64,000 bases of DNA, from NCBI GenBank assembly GCA_964035545.1, contig OZ037766.1:31796773-31860772 (forward strand), written 5' to 3'. The translations under genes and the position numbers were made by a program. This DNA comes from Bugula neritina. Its lineage: Eukaryota > Animalia > Bryozoa. A model generated the notes under the pieces. That model worked only from the letters and a program-made list of their open reading frames with translations. It had not been told where the DNA came from and did not search any database. Shown here one piece after another: positions 57,801 to 64,000 of this stretch (position 1 is its first letter; each line of letters begins with the position of its first letter).

Positions 57801-60747
57801 CAAAAACTAGGTTTCCAAATCAATGAGCATGTTTACCAAGGATGCTTATCAACTGTGCTGTGGACTTTGTACATAGATATTGTAATTGTAAAGTAACCTT
57901 GTCTAAATGTTTAGTCTTTCTTTCCCTTAGAATCAAATCATCGGCGAGTTTGCCATCCAAACAGACATTCAGAGTTGACATTGAAGGTAGCGACAGTTTT
58001 GATGTGAGCTTATCGTCGGAGAATGAGAACTTCCAAGTAAGCTGATGGTCATAGCAATAATAGTGTACACTCGTGGAGACAACAGTCATTGGTTGGTTTA
58101 AAAGCAGGTCAAAATAAAGCTGGATGTTTCTCCAGTTTTTTTTTTAGGTTTTATATAAAACTTACTTTGACTGAAGTGAGGTATAATAATATGTAAAAGT
58201 TGCTGGCTTTCAAAAGTCTGCTTGTTTTGCTATTTGTTCACTTATTAGAAACACAGTTTTCATGCATCACATCCACTTATTGTGTTTGTATCCTACTATG
58301 ACACAGGTCAAAGCAATTCTTTATTGTATCACTGTGTAAAACTTACCTCATGTGAATATGAAATTTATTCTTTGTGAATTGTACATGTTAATCAAAGTTT
58401 GTATATGCACACACCATTTTCAACAATAGAAGTCTTTGTGAATGCGTAAAAATAAAGGAAATATAGATGCCTTTAGTTGAACAGTCTCTTACATATTTCA
58501 GGTTATGATTGGAGAGGAACATTTGAAGGTCACGGACAACTTCAACCTTTCTCAGTCGGTTTTATCTCCGCAAATCTCTGGAGACACGACTCACTTCCAG
58601 GTACCCTTCTATCCTCTTTAATACTCACTTCCAGGTACCCTTCTATCCTCTCTAATACTCAATTCCAGGTACCCTTCTATCCTCTCTAATACTCAATTCC
58701 AGGTACCCTTCTATCCTCTTTAATACTCACTTCCAGGTACCTTTCTATCCCCTCTAATACTCACTTCCAGGTACCCTTCTATCCTCTCTAATACTCACTT
58801 CCAGGTACCCTTCTATCCTCTTTAATACTCACTTCCAGGTACCCTTCTATCCTCTCTAATACTCAATTCCAGGTACCCTTCTATCCTCTCTAATACTCAA
58901 TTCCAGGTACCCTTCTATCCTCTCTAATATTAACTTCCAGGTACCCTTCTATCCTCTTTATTACTCACTTCCAGGTACCCTTCTATCCTCTTTATTACTC
59001 ACTTCCAGGTACCCTTCTATCCTCTTTAGTATCAATATCCTCTTTATATGCATCTATCCTCTCAATGCTCTCTTGTATCTAGTTTATAAGTACATCTATG
59101 TTATGTATATCTATTCTACAGTTACTTGTATATATCTATGTTATGTATATCTATTCTACAGCTACTTGTATATATCTATGTTATGTGTATATATTCTACA
59201 GTTACTTGTATATATCTATGTTATGTATATCTATTCTACAGCTACTTGACAGTTCACCTACAGGACACATCAAGTTCAGATATTTTGGCACCGTGGTGAG
59301 TAATTCTCTTTCTACTGTCCATATTTATACCCATTTGTACCCACTTCTACACGCACTAGTCAGTATTTCACAATATGTAGTGGTGTATTTATATAAAAAC
59401 CCACGCAAGTCTACAGTCACCACCCTTGTGAGAAACCCCTAATGGATAGAGTGTTTTGTTCTTTCAAACTAATAATATATTCAGATGGGGCACTTATGAC
59501 TGGATGCTCTTCCTAACGTCACCAATGGCCTTTGTCAGGGTTTGAACCCATGACTTCGTGTTTACTAAGCAAATGCTCTAACCTCTAGACCATGGCTGCT
59601 CCCTTATTTATATATACCAGCTAATATTACACAGTGTGTATATCCGCTAAGCTAGCTGGCTTGCCTTAGGTGATGTTATCTTATGTAATCTGTCTTGCAG
59701 TTTGATGTGTCAGTGCTGACCCAAGATTTTGCTGCCATGAGTCAGTACATGAAGGAAAAGGTTGTTCCTGATTTTAGTGGAGTCGTTGTTGCTCCTATGC
59801 CTGGGATTGTGAAGTCGGTTGCCGTTAGTGTTGGAGACATGGTGAGAACTCCTCCTTCCTGGATGTAGAAATTAGGCTAAGATAGCATAAACTTATTTCA
59901 GGAATTCATTTGAAAAACAAGTTTTGTAAAAGCTAAAACAGATTCATTTTGTTTGTTGCTGTATTCAAGGAAAGTGAAATTTATGACATGTTGAGTTATT
60001 GTTTTGAGTGCTTGATCATTTTTATTGAAAATAAAAGATTTTGTGTGATTTAAAATATACAAAAACTGCATTAAATAACTCACACAGTGATAGTCATTTA
60101 ATCACATATCATCACACCTTTTATTGACTGTATCATGTTCTGTGACATGTAACTGCAGGTGTCTGAAGTGACAGTCATGTGATGACGTATCATTTTATTG
60201 ACTGTACCATGTTCTGTGGCATGTCACTGCGGGTGTCTGAAGTGACAGTCATGTGATGACGTATCATTTTATTTACTGTACCATATTCTGTGACATGTCA
60301 CTGCAGGTGTCTGAAGGTTCTGAAGTCTGTGTATTAGAAGCAATGAAAATGCAGAACAGTCTCACAGCCAGTAAAACAGCAAAGGTAAGATTTACTTGAT
60401 GTTTCGTAAAAATTATGTGTATGGGCAGGCATCTAAAGCATCTGCCTATGCAATTAGTGGCCATTTTTCCTGACGAGTTGTAGTTTTCAAGAAGGGAGTG
60501 TGTTGTACTGTTGAGCTAAATTAGGAGTTATCTCACTAGTTACTGTTCTATGTTCTTTTAGCCTAGCGTCTGCTGAGCTAGTTATTTTGGTACCAGTTGT
60601 GTGCTTATGAACTCAAAACTCCATCTCAAGGTGCATGCAACTCATATCTTGCAAATTGTTGGTCTCTAGGTTAAGAAAGTCAACTTCAAGGCTGGCGACA
60701 CTGTTGGGGAAAGTGATGTGATTGTAGAGCTCGAAGATCTTAGCTAA
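51854..60747 (+). CDS. PCCA: Propionyl-CoA carboxylase alpha chain, mitochondrial (biotin carboxylase + biotinyl domain)
   Basis: [101 protein letters not shown], biotinylation motif EAMKMQN (~60340), stop TAA 60745-60747. The first exon 51854-52012 gives a basic, acid-poor presequence; the start choice is inferred. Confidence 0.93.
54365..54645. repeat. 51-bp x~5 AT-rich minisatellite after a PCCA donor
   Basis: Direct periodicity. Confidence 0.9.
55560..56212 (+). repeat. 33-bp x~20 array duplicating a PCCA acceptor (in frame, [11 protein letters not shown])
   Basis: Unit TACTCTTTGTTACTCTGTCTGGTAG|GTATTATA; the true acceptor TGGTAG|GTACCGTAGAG is at 56208. Confidence 0.95.
58589..59027 (+). 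repeat. 34-bp x13 array duplicating a PCCA donor
   Basis: Unit ACTCACTTCCAG|GTACCCTTCTATCCTCTYTAAT; the true donor is at 58600|58601. Confidence 0.95.
59094..59248 (+). repeat. 40-bp x4 array duplicating the acceptor of the same PCCA intron
   Basis: ATTCTACAG|YTACTTG with AG ending at 59121, 59161, 59201 and 59241 (true). Confidence 0.92.
59482..59603 (-). mobile_element. tRNA-derived SINE copy (same family as 33008)
   Basis: Reverse complement reads GGGAGCAGCCATGGTCTAGAGGTTAGAGCATTTGCTTAGTAAACACGAAGTCATGGGTTCAAACCC...GGCCATTGGTGACGTTAGGAAGAGCATC. Confidence 0.75.
60119..60316 (+). repeat. 74-bp x3 duplication of a PCCA acceptor plus 10 nt of exon
   Basis: CTGCAG|GTGTCTGAAG at 60158, CTGCGG|GTGTCTGAAG at 60232, and the true site at 60306. 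Confidence 0.92.
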
Positions 60748-62590
60748 TCAGACGCACAGACAGATATTTATCTCTTTTCTCACAGCATAAATATTGTATT
60801 TATTAAACTTTGTGCTATTTTCAAATCACTACTGAGTGATGATTTGCAGGACTTCCTAGCTGAGAGTGTACATGTGGAGATAATTTCTTCAGTCTTTGGT
60901 TTACCATAATATTTATATATTGAGTGCTGGTACAGTAGTTTCAGTGTGTATTGTTGATAATTTTCTGTCATTTAAGCTGTAGATTTTATATTTTACTTCA
61001 CAAACAGCCGAGTCAAAAGGCTGTATTTGCAATGCTCATTCAACAGGTGAATAAAGCTATTACATGCAACATTATGTTATATCTAAGCGAATCAACCAAA
61101 ATGGTCGATTCAGTTTACAATAAGCAGCTTCTGATTATTTATTAAAGTTCATATCTGTTTCCCTAAAAGTTGTATTACATTTTTGTTGTGTTGGTTGTAC
61201 AATTACTATGATTTCTGGGATATATGGTTTTGTTTACATTTATTGGTTGTTGACTTGTGGTGGAAATGTGCTAAAAATATATGCAGGTGTCAATAAGAAA
61301 TTAATTCATAGTTTATTTTCAACTTAAAAAAAATTATATTCAACAAATACTGTAGTCGATGATGAATTAAACTGCTAGTTCACCAAATAGTTGTGTTACC
61401 ACATCAGAGACCCAACTTGTAGTACAAGTGGTATAGTATACTTTATAGTGTAAATTTAAGTACAACATTATTATTTACTTGTGTTTATATTTCAGTTACT
61501 GCTGTTATTATTGTATAGTGTTGCTGATCATTTATAATATTGAAATTGAATAATAATAATATTGAACTTTATAATAATTGAAGATTTGAACCTAGCAGAA
61601 TTGTGCAAATTATTTTGATAGGAAGCTTTTTTATATTTACAAGAAAGCCATAGCTACAAACCCCTGGAACATAAATAAAGTTATTTGTCACTTTATAAAT
61701 ATATTAAACATTGGAGAGAACTAATGGTGTAGCACTTCATAGTAATATTGCTCATTTGCAACAGTGAAAGGAATTTATCTTGAAAATTGGACAACTTGAC
61801 TAAATCGCTAAACACATATAAAATGTAAAAACAGCATAAATTGTCCAAAACTCAAACTTCCAGCCTAGATCTGAGACAGCACAATTCACTTTACTCTATG
61901 TTTGAAAGAGTTGTCTTTCTTATGCTGCTCTATATTTGAAGGAGTTGTTTCCCTCGTGTTACACTATATTTGAAGAAGTGAAGAACCTTTGACCAAATAT
62001 TCATTTTAATTGTCTTCTATAAACAATAATCCATATAAAACTTATATGCTTCTTTTTCATTTAAAATAATGTGCTTTTCATGCACATATTCTTTTATTTT
62101 GTACAACACAAAACTCAACACAACAAACTGTCTAAAAAGTGTAAAATATTTGAAAGTCAAATCCTAATTTGTTTTTATGTGTTTATTTTTTGCATAGCTA
62201 TAGAGAGCTTGAAAATCAATCAAAGGAATATAGCGTGCACACGTGCTTTGCAGATTATAACTTACAGTATCAAAATAATATGATGAAATTAATAAATAGT
62301 TAAGTTTTGCAAAAGTATCTGTATATTTTACAACAGTTGAAAGAGTTACTTTTTTTGCAATATGGGTTTATTTAATTATAACAAAATACATCATGCACGA
62401 TATACATTTTCTATTAAATTTTCCAACCTCCTCCTACATGTATGTTTGATGTATAGTCTAGTTGAGAGATGATGAAAGGTCTAAATGTTTACTATTGGTG
62501 TAAGTTAGTTATACTTCATTTGTAAAGAGTATATATCTAAGCCTATCACAAGATGAGTATACATTACAGCAATATATTAGAATAGTTGGG

Positions 62591-62597
62591 TATAAAA
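62591..62597 (+). promoter_or_regulatory. Candidate TATA box of the lectin gene
   Basis: TATAAAA about 120 nt upstream of the ATG; a second TATAAAA lies at ~62654. The context is AT-rich, so this is weak. Confidence 0.35.
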
Positions 62598-62708
62598 AGA
62601 AAGTGCTATGACAATTCATCACATTGAAATCAAAAAGACTCAATCAGTAACACTATAAAATAATAGTCATTGAAAGCAGATAGATAGTCTATCCTGTATG
62701 ATATCAAC

Positions 62709-63732
62709 ATGCATAGAGAGATATTTGCTCTGATTTGTGTAGTTTCGGCAGCATATTTTGCTGGAGCAAGCTCAGCAGCATGTAATGGTGAGTAATATTT
62801 CATTGCAATGCTAAAGTAACTAAGAAAAAAACAAATTTTGTATTTTCACAACTCGTTTGAGTAGTTCAAGGAAGAGGATTGGTAACACAAATTATCTATA
62901 TAAAATTGTTGTTATACATGTGTACAAATTAATCTGTGTTTCATTTTATGCAATATACTGTGTATTCCCCAAAGATAATATTTTAGCTCTATTTCCAGAT
63001 GCCTTGTCATGTCCGAGAGGTTATCTATACAACCCTCACTCTTTGTCATGCTTCAAAATCAGCACTCAGAAGAAAAACTGGGACGATGCGAAAGCTGCCT
63101 GTCAGAGTGTTGGAGACAGACTGGCTGTGTTTGATAGTCTGGAATCTATTTCTTGGGCCAAACACATGAGGAAAACTCATCAAGGTGATGTGAAACATGC
63201 AAAACATGAACGTTTAGTTTTTATTTTGTTTTGTTGGATTATAAGAGTATAATTGAATTTGAGCAACTTGCGAGTGCAATTTTCGTTGTTCATAAGTTAT
63301 TAAAAATATAATGTAGTATTGTTAAAAATTATTTTAGGGGAGTAGGAGATTTTGTCTAACTCATTTTAAATAAACCAAATTTTTCCCAAAATACATGTGT
63401 GCAGTATATAGGCATATTATTTAAATTATATCACAACAGCCTATTATGTGGTTTGTAAGTCTTAATCATTTAACACTACTTCTACAGACTGGATTCCATA
63501 CCTTGATAATTACTTGTGGATTGGTGGTAGAGACTTTCACGGCCGATGGCAATGGGATGGTAACGTTAGGAAAGATATAGTGGTTGCTGATTGGTATGGA
63601 GATGAACCTAACAACTATAAAGGAGCTATTCAAGATTGTCTTGGCTTGTTTAGCAAGAATGGAGAACTGCAATGGGATGATGTAACATGCTCAAATGCTG
63701 CGTATTTTATATGTGAGAAATCTTTGAGATAA
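62709..63732 (+). CDS. Secreted single-domain C-type lectin (perlucin-like), EPN/WDD motifs
   Basis: Exons 62709-62787 (signal peptide MHREIFALICVVSAAYFAGASS), 62999-63184 (CPRGY..CFKI..KNWDDAKAAC) and 63488-63732 (WIGG..W.W..EPNN..DC..WDDVTC..YFICE*); phase-1 junctions are compatible. Confidence 0.92.
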
Positions 63733-64000
63733 ACTGTTAGTAAACCACCATGTTATAAATAAGCAATTTCTACAAGCTTTGTGTTAAAGACAATAGTTAT
63801 TGCTAATATAAGAATACTCTGTATACAAATGAAGTTCTTTCATTTTCATTCAACCTGATCTTTTGATGTCTCGAGATATTAAAATATGACTATAGTTGTG
63901 TTTCCGGTGTTTCTAAAAACTTTTACAGAAGAAACACAAAAGAGCATGACAAAAATGTATTATTAACTCACGTGGCCTAAATGGTATAAAGTCGTTATCA

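Noticed and set aside
13622-59027. CRISPR-like appearance of regularly spaced 30-50 bp repeats
   Set aside because: The units are head-to-tail with no unique spacers, there are no cas genes, and the context is eukaryotic introns.
11554-60747. CoA-metabolism gene cluster (PANK4 near PCCA)
   Set aside because: The genes are separated by 30 kb of unrelated USP9X and lie on opposite strands; nothing beyond chance adjacency supports it.

Overview
AT-rich, intron-dense animal (invertebrate-type) genomic DNA; nothing here looks prokaryotic. Six spliced protein-coding genes can be assembled by eye. At the left are two tandem paralogous minus-strand genes for an unrecognised secreted/surface receptor: gene B (4483-10329) is complete (signal peptide, about three FN3-like beta-sandwich domains, TM helix, 15-Tyr tail with an ITAM-like motif), while gene A runs off the left edge before any TM or tail. 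Then come PANK4 (minus, 11554-20106; PanK + DUF89 phosphatase, kinase catalytic residues apparently intact), USP9X/faf-like deubiquitinase (minus, 22108-48375), PCCA (plus, 51854-60747) and a secreted EPN-type C-type lectin (plus, 62709-63732). The most striking structure is that many introns of the three housekeeping genes carry their own private minisatellite, and many of these are tandem amplifications of the splice junction itself. They create arrays of roughly 3-35 decoy donors or acceptors, often AG|GT units, and two are in frame and stop-free. Intergenic DNA largely lacks such arrays. tRNA-derived SINE copies, a probable non-autonomous Helitron and long microsatellites are also present. 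Exon boundaries and copy numbers were read by eye and are approximate.
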